Assembly (NCBI GenBank): GCA_036495805.1
Contig: DASXMG010000009.1
Span: 45,596 to 109,595 of the forward strand
DNA length: 64,000 nucleotides
Origin: Steroidobacteraceae bacterium
Lineage (GTDB): Bacteria; Pseudomonadota; Gammaproteobacteria; Steroidobacterales; Steroidobacteraceae
Direction of reading: 5' to 3'
Part shown: piece by piece, positions 55,826 to 64,000 of the stretch
Layout: the number at the start of each line of letters is the position of its first letter
Numbering within the stretch: position 1 is the stretch's first letter
Translations under genes and position numbers: made by a program
Notes under the pieces: model-generated
Seen by the model: only the letters and a program-made list of their open reading frames with translations
Databases searched by the model: none
Told to the model about the DNA's origin: nothing

Positions 55826-58300
55826 TTAGCACTGGGTACGTGCTCCCACCGGGGACGCAAGCTCGGCCTGCGAGTTCAACGGCCACACCCAATTGTCAAA
55901 CTCGTCGTGGTCGGTGCCTTGCTCATGCGCATAGCTCAAATTCTTAATGATCTCGTTCTTCATTTGCTCCTTGAGATGGGCGGCGCGTCCGGAGAGTCCG
56001 GGCACCCTGTCGATTACATCGATCACGAGTGTGAAGCGGTCAGTTTGATTGAGAATTGCCAGCTCCAGAGGCGTGTTGATATTGCCTCGCTCTTTATAGC
56101 CGCGCACGTGCAAGTTCACGTGGTTTGTGAATCGATACGCGAGCTTGTGAATGAGCCAAGGATAGCCATGAAAGTTAAAGATCACGGGTTTGTCGGTGGT
56201 GAACAGGCTGTCAAATTCCCGTTCCGTCGAACCGTGCGGGTGCTCGGTGATCGGCTGCATCTTGAACAGGTCCACCACGTTGACAAAACGGACCTTCAAG
56301 TCGGGCAGGTGCTCCCGCAGCAGCGCGGTCGCCGCGAGTGACTCTTGAGTCGCCCCATCGCCGCAGCAAGCCATCACAACATCAGGCTCGACGCCGTGAT
56401 CGTTGCTGGCCGCGCGCCAAATTCCGATGCCTTTGGCGCAGTGTAATATAGCATCGTCGATGTTGACGAACTGCAAATGCTTTTGCTTGTCAGCTACAAT
56501 GACATTGATGCAGTCGGTCGAGCGCAGGCAACTGTCCGCAACCACCAAAAGAGTATTGGCATCGGGCGGCAGATAGATGCGCGTCACACTCGGACTCTTG
56601 TTGGTGACCAGATCGACGAAGCCGGGGTCCTGATGCGAGAAGCCGTTATGGTCTTGGCGCCAGACTGTCGAAGATAGCAGGATATTCTGCGAGGCGACCG
56701 AGGCTCGCCACGGCACATGATTCTTGCTGACGTCCAACCACTTGGCGTGCTGATTGAACATCGAATCGATCACGTGTGCGAAGGCCTCGTAGGTGTGGAA
56801 GAAGCCGTGCCGACCCGACAGCAGATACCCTTCGAGCCAGCCTAGCAGCGTGTGCTCGGAGAGCATCTCCATTACACGCCCGTCGCGTGATAGTTCGCCG
56901 CCGTCGGCATCCTCGGGATACAGATCCGCCATCCACACTTTCTTGCTCGCTTCATACACCGCCTGCAGGCGGTTGGACGCGGTCTCGTCGGGACCAAAGA
57001 TGCGGAAGTTGGTCATGTTGTCGCGCATTACGTCGCGAAGAAATTCACCAAGAGGTTTGGTATTTTCGTAGAACTTGGTGCCGGCAGGCGTCGCATCTAC
57101 CGCATAGTTGCGAAAATCCGGCATCTTGAGTTCCTTGCGTAGCAATCCGCCGTTCGCATGCAGGTTCGCGCTCATGCGCTTCGCGCCGGTCGGGGCAAGC
57201 CTTCGAAGTTCCGGGCGCAGTATGCCGTTGGCGTCGAAGAGTTCTTCCGGCTTGTAGCTGCGCATCCAGTCCTCGAGGAGCTTCAGGTGAGCGGGATTCT
57301 CACGCACATCCGAAAACGGCACTTGATGGGAGCGCCAGGAACCCTCCGCCTTGTGGCCGTTGATCTCAGTTGGTCCAGTCCAACCTTTCGGGGAACGCAG
57401 CACGATCATCGGCCAACGCGGACGTTCAGCTTTGCCGCTGCTGCGCGCGGCTTCCTGAAGGGCACGGATTTCGCCAATGGCGGTTTCCAGCGACCCGGCC
57501 ATGTTCTCGTGCATGGTCTCGGGATCGTCCCCCTCTACGAAATAGGGTGTATAACCGTAGCCGCGGAACAGGGCCTCCAGCTCCTCGTGGCTGATGCGGG
57601 CGAGGATGGTGGGATTGGCGATCTTGTAGCCGTTGAGATTCAGAATCGGCAGCACAGCGCCGTCGCGAATCGGATTGATGAACTTGTTGGAGTGCCACGC
57701 GGTGGCCAGGGGGCCGGTTTCGGCTTCGCCATCTCCCACCACGCAGGCAACGATGAGCTCCGGATTGTCGAAACAGGCGCCATAAGCGTGCGATAGGCTG
57801 TAGCCGAGTTCGCCGCCCTCATGGATTGACCCTGGCGTTTCTGGAGTGACGTGAGATCCGATGTGGCCGGGGAAGGAGAACTGCTTGAAGAATTTCTTCA
57901 ATCCCTCCGCATCCTGGCTTTTGTCTGGATAAACCTCCGAGTAGGTGCCTTCCAGATACGTCGGGCCCAGTACACCGGGCGCGCCATGCCCGGGGCCGGC
58001 CATGAAAATTACGTCCAGATCGTCGCGCTTAATGAGGCGATTCAGGTGCGCCCAGACAAAGGATAGCGCCGGGCTCGTTCCCCAATGGCCGAGCAAGCGA
58101 TGCTTGACGTGCTCGACTTTGAGCGGTTCCTTGAGCAGCGGGTTGTCGCGCAGGTAGATCATGCCCACCGAAAGGTAGTTGCAGGCGTGCCACCAAGTAT
58201 TGATCGATTTCAATTCCTTGGGATCTAGTGGAGTTCGCGTCAGTGGCCTGGCGGCGCTCGCTTTGCCGGTCTTGAAGTTCCTAATCATAGGAGTGTCCAT
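55826..58300 (-). CDS. xfp: xylulose-5-phosphate/fructose-6-phosphate phosphoketolase
   Basis: 824 aa. …LLGHWGTSP…, …GPGHGAP…, …[14 protein letters not shown]…, …EGDDP… phosphoketolase signature regions. Confidence 0.95.
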   Translation of the reverse strand: MDTPMIRNFKTGKASAARPLTRTPLDPKELKSINTWWHACNYLSVGMIYLRDNPLLKEPLKVEHVKHRLLGHWGTSPALSFVWAHLNRLIKRDDLDVIFMAGPGHGAPGVLGPTYLEGTYSEVYPDKSQDAEGLKKFFKQFSFPGHIGSHVTPETPGSIHEGGELGYSLSHAYGACFDNPELIVACVVGDGEAETGPLATAWHSNKFINPIRDGAVLPILNLNGYKIANPTILARISHEELEALFRGYGYTPYFVEGDDPETMHENMAGSLETAIGEIRALQEAARSSGKAERPRWPMIVLRSPKGWTGPTEINGHKAEGSWRSHQVPFSDVRENPAHLKLLEDWMRSYKPEELFDANGILRPELRRLAPTGAKRMSANLHANGGLLRKELKMPDFRNYAVDATPAGTKFYENTKPLGEFLRDVMRDNMTNFRIFGPDETASNRLQAVYEASKKVWMADLYPEDADGGELSRDGRVMEMLSEHTLLGWLEGYLLSGRHGFFHTYEAFAHVIDSMFNQHAKWLDVSKNHVPWRASVASQNILLSSTVWRQDHNGFSHQDPGFVDLVTNKSPSVTRIYLPPDANTLLVVADSCLRSTDCINVIVADKQKHLQFVNIDDAILHCAKGIGIWRAASNDHGVEPDVVMACCGDGATQESLAATALLREHLPDLKVRFVNVVDLFKMQPITEHPHGSTEREFDSLFTTDKPVIFNFHGYPWLIHKLAYRFTNHVNLHVRGYKERGNINTPLELAILNQTDRFTLVIDVIDRVPGLSGRAAHLKEQMKNEIIKNLSYAHEQGTDHDEFDNWVWPLNSQAELASPVGARTQC

Positions 58301-58400
58301 CCACGGTGATTTGCGTCTGAGGGTCTGCTTGGAATGACCCCACCATTGGCAACGCTCATGCCTCGATCCCGAAGATCAACGCGGTGCGTGCTTGGCTTGC

Positions 58401-58467
58401 ATCCTTAGCTCTAAAACACGCTCGGACAACTGGGCGAACAGGCACAACAATCTGCCCATAGGGGCAG
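58401..58467 (-). promoter_or_regulatory. conserved box1-box2 / -35 / -10 element, copy B (upstream of xfp)
   Basis: Minus strand reads CTGCCCCTATGGGCAG-ATTGTT-GTGCCTGTTCGCCCAG-TTGTCC-17 nt-AAGGAT. The 19-mer GTGCCTGTTCGCCCAGTTG is identical to copy A. Confidence 0.55.
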
Positions 58468-58585
58468 ACGCGATCGCCCTCCCAATCATTGAATTTTTGT
58501 GCTGCACCAAACACTATGTCCGGGCGTCTAGACAGGTTCGTTACGAGCTGTCCCTTAAGACCCGGACTGCGCCGAGGTACAAATT

Positions 58586-59143
58586 TTGAATCCTTCAAAT
58601 TCGAAGGTGGAACGGGGCTTGGAGCGTGTACTCTTTGCCAGCCGCTGGCTTCTAGCGCCGTTCTATTTCGGCATGATTGCCGCTCTCACCGTAATTTTGT
58701 TCGTGTTCTTGCACGAGCTTGCCGCTGGAATTGCGCATCTCCCGGATGTGGACGAGGAGGCCGCACTTATTCTTGCTCTGTCGCTTATCGATTTATCGCT
58801 CACCGGCAATCTTGTTCTAATCGTGATGTTCTCCGGCTATGAGAATTTCGTATCGAAAATCCGCGCCGGAGACCGCGAGAATCGCCCGAGCTGGATGGGA
58901 ACGATTGATTTTAGCGGCATCAAATTGAAACTGATCGCGTCAATTGTGGCGATCAGCGGAATAGGATTGCTGCGCTCATTTCTGACGCTCAACGACGCCG
59001 GGATTCCAATCGATAGCCGTCGCATTGGATGGATGCTTGCCATTCATCTCACTTTTGTCGCATCCGGAGTTCTGGTCGCGACGATGGATTGGATCTCGTC
59101 GAAAACTGCGGAACATTTGCCGCGGCAACCAGATAATCAATGA
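58586..59143 (+). CDS. yqhA: UPF0114 family inner-membrane protein YqhA
   Basis: …RVLFASRWLLAPFYFGMIAAL… typical N-terminus, 185 aa with 3-4 TM segments. Confidence 0.8.
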   Translation: MNPSNSKVERGLERVLFASRWLLAPFYFGMIAALTVILFVFLHELAAGIAHLPDVDEEAALILALSLIDLSLTGNLVLIVMFSGYENFVSKIRAGDRENRPSWMGTIDFSGIKLKLIASIVAISGIGLLRSFLTLNDAGIPIDSRRIGWMLAIHLTFVASGVLVATMDWISSKTAEHLPRQPDNQ

Positions 59144-59185
59144 TTAGATTTGCGAAAGGCTGCTCAAAGATTTAGACCGATACTG

Positions 59186-60397
59186 TCAAAAAATCAATCT
59201 CAATAAATGCCCCATCAGGTCATGGAGCGAAAACATCGTCAGCGCCAACGGCAGCAGCGGCGACAGGGAGATCACTGCCACCTGAATGACGTCACCGAGC
59301 GTGAACGGTACGAAGCGCATTTGCTGCACAACCTGGAAACTGTTTCCCATGTCGGCCAGCGACTCGATGTCCTCGCTGCCTAGCAGTGGCTCGTCCGCGG
59401 GCGCACCGCCGCGCAGCCATTTTTGATCGAAATCGCGTGCGTATCTTTGTGCAAGTTCGCCGTATTCGCGCGCACCGGATCTGGCGATCGCTTCGAGCCT
59501 GCGAGTGAACACGAGGAGCGGCCCCAAGACGATAAGCACTGCAACGGCGATACTCGCCGCGATTATATCCAGGAAGTCGGGCAGAGCGCCGCCGGCGAAG
59601 AAAATGCGGTTTGCAATCACACCCGCCAAATCGACACCCTGAGCCAACAATAGCGGCGCGAGCGCGAAGCGCACGAACTTGAGGAAGCTCAGGCCGCCGC
59701 ATCGGTCCGGATGAGTGGGTAGCAGTCGCAGTTCGATGCGGGACACCTGCCATAGGAAACGGGTCCAGATGAACAATCTGAAGTACCAGCGCAGGAACAG
59801 GAACTGCAACAGTGGCACGCTTACGCAGCCCAGCCACCAACCCGCCAGAGACGGATGCAATTTTCCCGCCTCCATCACGCCGTACCAGCTCACCAGGTCG
59901 AGCGCGACGTAGTTGCGCCACAAATACGGTACACCCAGGCCGTACACGAGCGCCAGCAACAGCAACTCGGCCACCCGCGAATTGCGCAGTCGCATCGCCG
60001 AGGCCACGGCTGAATCGAACTGCGCCCGGGCGCCATCCGGGATCAGGCCAAGAACCAAAAACTGCGCCACTCCTTGACGCATGCGCGTATGGACCGTCAG
60101 CTCCGCGGCGATCATCAGGGGCAAGGCGACCAACAATCGCAGGTTCTGCTCCGCGTCAAGGAGAAACGGCAGTTTGACGCTCGCGCCCCAGGCGTGACCT
60201 TCCATGGCCGACAACAGCAGAAGCGGCAGCCATGCTGCGCATACCATGACGAGAATTCGGCGGCGCATCAGCTCCAAGTGTCCGCCACTCAGGCGCGTGC
60301 CAAGCCACAGCTGAAACAAGGGTCCGCCGAGAACCAGCGAAAAACCCTGTGCATCACGCCTATCTTGATTGCCGAGCGCTGGAATGGAATAGCTCAT
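59186..60397 (-). CDS. polytopic membrane protein, function unknown
   Basis: Long ORF with many TM segments. ATG 60397 (MSYSIPALG…) is preferred, because the 471-aa version would run into the divergent promoter region. Confidence 0.6.
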   Translation of the reverse strand: MSYSIPALGNQDRRDAQGFSLVLGGPLFQLWLGTRLSGGHLELMRRRILVMVCAAWLPLLLLSAMEGHAWGASVKLPFLLDAEQNLRLLVALPLMIAAELTVHTRMRQGVAQFLVLGLIPDGARAQFDSAVASAMRLRNSRVAELLLLALVYGLGVPYLWRNYVALDLVSWYGVMEAGKLHPSLAGWWLGCVSVPLLQFLFLRWYFRLFIWTRFLWQVSRIELRLLPTHPDRCGGLSFLKFVRFALAPLLLAQGVDLAGVIANRIFFAGGALPDFLDIIAASIAVAVLIVLGPLLVFTRRLEAIARSGAREYGELAQRYARDFDQKWLRGGAPADEPLLGSEDIESLADMGNSFQVVQQMRFVPFTLGDVIQVAVISLSPLLPLALTMFSLHDLMGHLLRLIF

Positions 60398-60472
60398 TTG
60401 TGTGTCGCGATTCGACGACCAGAGACAAATGTAGCCACGCGGCTTCGGCGCCGCGACATCCCTTAGGTGCAA

Positions 60473-60501
60473 TTGACAGTCTCGCCAGAGCGCGCGGTAA
60501 T
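60473..60501 (+). promoter_or_regulatory. sigma70-type promoter candidate for the SYLF gene
   Basis: Perfect TTGACA (60473-60478), 17-nt spacer, GGTAAT (60496-60501), about 50 nt upstream of GTG 60552. Confidence 0.35.
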
Positions 60502-60551
60502 GATCGTGTGCGTAACAGGACTGACAGTTTAGGAAATAGGAGCGAACAAGC

Positions 60552-61091
60552 GTGAGACTAACGAAAACTGCGGTCATTCTTACTGCGATCTTATTCACCA
60601 CTCAGAGTCATCCGACATTTGCGGGTGATATCGTCATGGCTGACGCGAATGCCGCATTGGATAAGCTCTATGCCAAGGAAAGTGTGGCGAAGATGCTCTC
60701 CGGGAAAGCAGCGGGCATTCTGGTGTTTCCCAACATCGTCAAGGCAGGCTTTATCGTCGGCGGGCATTACGGTGAAGGAGCGTTGCTGAAGGACGGCAAT
60801 CTCGTCGCGCACTATAATTCGGTGGCGGCGTCCTATGGCCTGCAGGCCGGCGTGCAGTCGTTCGGCTACGTGCTGTTTCTGATGAACGACAAGACGCTTC
60901 AATACCTGGACAGCAGCGACGGCTGGGAAATCGGCGTCGGCCCGAGCATTGTCATCATCGACGCGGGCAAGGCAAAGTCGATGACCACGCTGACCCTGAA
61001 GGACGATGTCTACGCGTTCATTTTCAACCAGCAAGGTCTGATGGCAGGGCTCGGCCTCCAAGGCTCCAAGATTACGAAGTTGAACAAGTAG
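60552..61091 (+). CDS. SYLF (Ysc84/DUF500) domain lipid-binding protein, secreted
   Basis: Signal peptide, then …AAGILVFPNIVKAGFIVGGHYGEGALL…SYGLQAGVQSFGYVLFLMND…. AGGAG RBS. Confidence 0.75.
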   Translation: MRLTKTAVILTAILFTTQSHPTFAGDIVMADANAALDKLYAKESVAKMLSGKAAGILVFPNIVKAGFIVGGHYGEGALLKDGNLVAHYNSVAASYGLQAGVQSFGYVLFLMNDKTLQYLDSSDGWEIGVGPSIVIIDAGKAKSMTTLTLKDDVYAFIFNQQGLMAGLGLQGSKITKLNK

Positions 61092-61101
61092 CCAAACGCT
61101 C

Positions 61102-62100
61102 TTAGTCGATATCCAGTACCGGTGTCCATGATCGATCCGGGTTGAAGCGCTCCATCTTCTGGAATGCCGTAAGCGTCTCGGGCCCTAAATCCTTCTGGTA
61201 GACCACACCGCTTTGGTTGACGATGAATGCTTTGACCCCGGTCTCGCCGTATTCGGCAGGAACGGCGACGAGCGCGAAACCGCCGATCATCACGCCCTTC
61301 ACCACGTAGTCCATCTCCCCAAGCGGCGCGTTAGGGCCTTGTCCCTTCAGTACCTTGAAGAAGTACCCATGGAAGGGGGTAGCCTTGCCCTGCTCCAAGC
61401 TGTAGCCCTGCTCGATGGCGCGTGCGGCGGTCTCACCGATCGGACCGCCCCAAGTTCCATCTGGGTTCGGCCACGCGAGGCCATCACGCTTACCGGATGC
61501 ACTAATAATGTGCTGCGCATACTGAGTCACGTCATAGCCCTCGCGCGGCCGAAAAGCGTATTCCTGCTGCGCCTCTACGTAGCCGCGGCAGAATTCAATG
61601 GCATCCAATTCGTTGCGGCCGATGCGCCGATACTCGAGTTCTTTCAGGCCTGCGGCCGCATCGAACTGCCATCGGCTCGCGCGCTTGACGATGGGTACCG
61701 GGAATGGCCATTCCCCGTCACCCACTACGAGAAACGCACGGCTCTTGCTGATGGGATCGTTCGCGACAGCGGTCTTCTCCCGAGCCTTGGCAGCGAATTC
61801 CTGCGCACGCTGGCGGTCCTGCGCATATTCGCCCGAGAGGACTACTTCCTCTCCGCCGACGCCGAAAATTCTCACCAGCGCATCCACATCGAATTTGTCG
61901 GCCGCGTTAACCAGAGCCGCGGCCGCCTGCTCCGGGGTCGCAAAAGTTTCGGTGCCATTGACGCCAACCGCGGGCGCCGTGTTTTTTGCGCCCTCCGGTT
62001 CTACCGCGAAAGAATCCGAGGCGGCGAGAAATACTAGGGCAAATGGGATGAGGATCCCGAGAAGCCGGTAAACTCGTGTATTCACGGATACTGATTTCAT
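61102..62100 (-). CDS. DUF2950 family secreted protein
   Basis: MKSVSVNTRVYRLLGILIPFALVFLAASDSFA signal. C-terminal …FHGYFFKVLKGQG…GGFALVAVPAEYGETGVKAFIVNQSGVVYQKDLG…. Confidence 0.75.
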   Translation of the reverse strand: MKSVSVNTRVYRLLGILIPFALVFLAASDSFAVEPEGAKNTAPAVGVNGTETFATPEQAAAALVNAADKFDVDALVRIFGVGGEEVVLSGEYAQDRQRAQEFAAKAREKTAVANDPISKSRAFLVVGDGEWPFPVPIVKRASRWQFDAAAGLKELEYRRIGRNELDAIEFCRGYVEAQQEYAFRPREGYDVTQYAQHIISASGKRDGLAWPNPDGTWGGPIGETAARAIEQGYSLEQGKATPFHGYFFKVLKGQGPNAPLGEMDYVVKGVMIGGFALVAVPAEYGETGVKAFIVNQSGVVYQKDLGPETLTAFQKMERFNPDRSWTPVLDID

Positions 62101-62136
62101 TTGTGTGCTCCTGATGTACGTTCGCCTCAACCGCGA

Positions 62137-63486
62137 CTAGCGCCGGCCGCCTCGACCACCACCGCCTCGACCACCACCGCCTCGACCGCCACCGCCGCGG
62201 GATCCCATGCTCCCTGCGCCGCGGCTACCCGACGCTCGAGCGTTTGAGCCGTTGTAGCCGCCACCGCCGCCAAAACCATTGCGGCCGCCGCCGCCACTTC
62301 CGCCACCACCGCGCGACAAATCCCTGTTGCCGACGCGATCGCCGCCACCGCCGCCGCGAGAGCCGGCGCCCCCGCCACGAGGGCCGGCACCGGCGCCGCC
62401 AACGCCGTCACGAGGCCCGTTCCCACCCGCGCCGTTTCGGCCGCCAAGACCGCCATCCGCGCCGCCGGCCGGACGCTGGCTTGCTATGTTGCCGCCTTGC
62501 CTGCCGATCTGATTACGCGCATTGGATTGCCGATTTCCGATGGAGTCGCCGCGCGCACCGCCGCCGAAGCGATCGGCTGTCGCTCGGTCACGATAGGGTG
62601 CACCGCCGCGATGTTCCGGGCGGTGCTGCCACCGGTTACCGCCGCCGAGATTATTGCCGCCGTTACGGATGTTTCCGTTGCGGACAAAATTATTATTGTT
62701 GTTGATGTTGATGTTGCCGCCATAGTTGCCCCAACCGCATCCCCAGCCGCCTCCTCCGTTTCCCCACCACGCGCCCATCGCTATTCCGACACCGAAGGCA
62801 AGCGCCAGGGATCCCGCCGGCGGATAGTAAATTGGTGGATAGGGATAAACAGGTGCGCCCCAAACGACTTCCGGGCTGTATGAGGGTACATAGATGACCT
62901 GCGGATTCGCGGGCTCGATCACGATCACCGTCTCGCTTTCGACGACCTTGGTTACCACCAGCTGCTGTTCGGTGGTCTTCAGCACATTTTTGTCCTTTGC
63001 TAATTTGCGCATGCGCTGGACAGCTGCCATCACGTCGGACTCCTGCGCCAGGAAAGCATTGCCCAAGTCTGTGGTCCACTGAATGTCATCTGCCAAGCGT
63101 TTCACTACTTCCGGAGTTCCGGCGAGCGCTTGGACGCTTGGATCCCAAGGCTCCTTCTGCACGGCATCGGCAAGCGCTTTGTCTTTCAAGCCTGTGTTTC
63201 GTGTGAGGAACTGCTGCAGCTGGATGATCTCGAGAGGATAGGTCGAGGCTGCCAGGGTTTGTGCAAGCAGGGGGTCGGGGTACAGCGCAATGGGTGCGAC
63301 GAGCGAGGAGAGCTGGTCGGGCGGAATCTTTGCAGCCGGGTTGGCCGCGGGCGACTGCGCGTTGGCAAACGGCGCAAAGCCTGGTTGCGCCGACATGCCG
63401 AGTACCGCCAGCATTGCGGAACAAAGAATCGCCACAGCGCGTCGCGTGATTGCGTGAATGGGCCGTCCCGTCGGGCTCGTAACCAT
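62137..63486 (-). CDS. DUF3300 family secreted protein with long Gly/Arg/Asn-rich C-terminal tail
   Basis: Signal peptide. …LVAPIALYPDPLLAQTLAASTYPLEIIQLQQFL… DUF3300 signature. The last ~210 aa are low complexity and end in GGGGRGGGGRGGGGRGGRR. Confidence 0.8.
   Translation of the reverse strand: MVTSPTGRPIHAITRRAVAILCSAMLAVLGMSAQPGFAPFANAQSPAANPAAKIPPDQLSSLVAPIALYPDPLLAQTLAASTYPLEIIQLQQFLTRNTGLKDKALADAVQKEPWDPSVQALAGTPEVVKRLADDIQWTTDLGNAFLAQESDVMAAVQRMRKLAKDKNVLKTTEQQLVVTKVVESETVIVIEPANPQVIYVPSYSPEVVWGAPVYPYPPIYYPPAGSLALAFGVGIAMGAWWGNGGGGWGCGWGNYGGNININNNNNFVRNGNIRNGGNNLGGGNRWQHRPEHRGGAPYRDRATADRFGGGARGDSIGNRQSNARNQIGRQGGNIASQRPAGGADGGLGGRNGAGGNGPRDGVGGAGAGPRGGGAGSRGGGGGDRVGNRDLSRGGGGSGGGGRNGFGGGGGYNGSNARASGSRGAGSMGSRGGGGRGGGGRGGGGRGGRR
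62140..62775 (-). repeat. low-complexity G/R/N-rich coding region with 15-nt tandem units at the 3' end
   Basis: The plus strand shows cctcgaccaccaccg x3 at about 62149-62195. The translation is dominated by GGG, RGG and NN runs. Confidence 0.7.
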
Positions 63487-63532
63487 GTCTTTCTCCGATC
63501 GACTGCCGCCGTTCGGCGCAGCGATAATGTGT

Positions 63533-64000
63533 TCATGCGATTTCCGGCACTCTCTTGTAGGTTCGATCCGTCGGCTCCTCGTAACCTTTGGCTTTCTGGC
63601 GGGCAGGCAATTTGATCTTGTCGCGCTTCACTTCGCGATAAGGGATGAGGCTCAGCAGATGCGAGATACAGTTCAGCCGGGCGCGGCGTTTGTCGTCGGC
63701 GTTGACGATGTACCACGGCGCGGCCTCGGTGTCGGTGGCTTGCAGCATCTCGTCCCTGGCGCGCGAGAAGTCATACCAGTGGCGGTGCGACTCCAAGTCC
63801 ATGGGACTCAGCTTCCAAAGTTTGCGTCCATCCTTGATCCGCGATTCAAAGCGCCGGGTCTGCTCTTTTTGGCTCACTTCGAACCAGTATTTGATAAGGA
63901 TGATGCCCGACTCCACCACGACTCGCTCCCACGCGGCGCAGAGCGACAAGAATCGCTTGGTTTCACGCTCGGAGCAGAACCCCATCACTCGCTCCACTCC
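63533..64000 (-). CDS. ppk2: polyphosphate kinase 2 (PPK2), C-terminal part (5' end outside the window)
   Basis: …ILIKYWFEVSQKEQTRRFESRIKDGRKLWKLSPMDLESHRHWYDFSRARDEM…APWYIVNADDKRRARLN…. The reading frame is open to the window edge. Confidence 0.85.
   Translation of the reverse strand, partial: GVERVMGFCSERETKRFLSLCAAWERVVVESGIILIKYWFEVSQKEQTRRFESRIKDGRKLWKLSPMDLESHRHWYDFSRARDEMLQATDTEAAPWYIVNADDKRRARLNCISHLLSLIPYREVKRDKIKLPARQKAKGYEEPTDRTYKRVPEIA

Noticed and set aside
60463-60479. TTAGGTGCAATTGACAG resembling the 41827 direct-repeat unit (TTTGGTGCAATTGTTG).
   Set aside because: It is a single copy and is explained more simply as a perfect sigma70 -35 (TTGACA) with a properly spaced GGTAAT -10 for the SYLF gene.
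62137-62775. Short tandem repeats that could suggest a CRISPR-like or satellite array.
   Set aside because: The repeats are 15-nt in-frame units with no spacers. They sit inside a continuous ORF encoding Gly/Arg-rich low complexity, so this is not a CRISPR array.

Overview
High-GC proteobacterial chromosomal segment. The gene order relA / ruvCAB / ybgC-tolQRAB-pal-cpoB / queEC / tRNA-Lys resembles Xanthomonadales-like Gammaproteobacteria, but this is an impression only because no database search was possible. I found no rRNA, CRISPR array, transposase, integrase or phage genes.

Bases 1-11.9 kb are ordinary housekeeping genes. After tRNA-Lys there is an AT-rich spacer with an Xre/RES toxin-antitoxin pair and a MASE1 hybrid histidine kinase.

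The rest is dominated by anaerobic and fermentative carbon metabolism:
- Divergent pta-ackA and (Tat-signal) L-serine dehydratase-MFS-pflB-pflA.
- A porin and an AraC-family regulator.
- A DyP-peroxidase cluster with unknown partner genes.
- A very large PBP-like protein.
- A degenerate Ser/Thr kinase next to envelope DUF genes.
- A roughly 14-kb translationally coupled operon: GH13-like hydrolase, HAD-transaldolase fusion, ROK kinase, pgi, DUF2090 aldolase-like, rpiB, tkt, MscS-family channel, GH63-like glucosidase.
- A convergent phosphoketolase-CheY-like-nucleotidyltransferase unit.
- yqhA, a SYLF protein, and ppk2-DUF3300-DUF2950.

The most interesting sequence-level observation is a roughly 67-nt promoter/operator architecture that recurs four times. 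It has two boxes 21-22 bp apart, abutting a TTGYYY -35 and a weak NANGAT -10. It always sits 64-100 nt upstream of fermentative or carbon-uptake genes and in their orientation: sdaA-like, porin, GH13 operon, xfp. I do not recognise the motif, and it suggests a dedicated local regulon.

All product names come from reading motifs in the translated ORFs. No BLAST or HMM search could be run, so family assignments for the DUF-type proteins are tentative.
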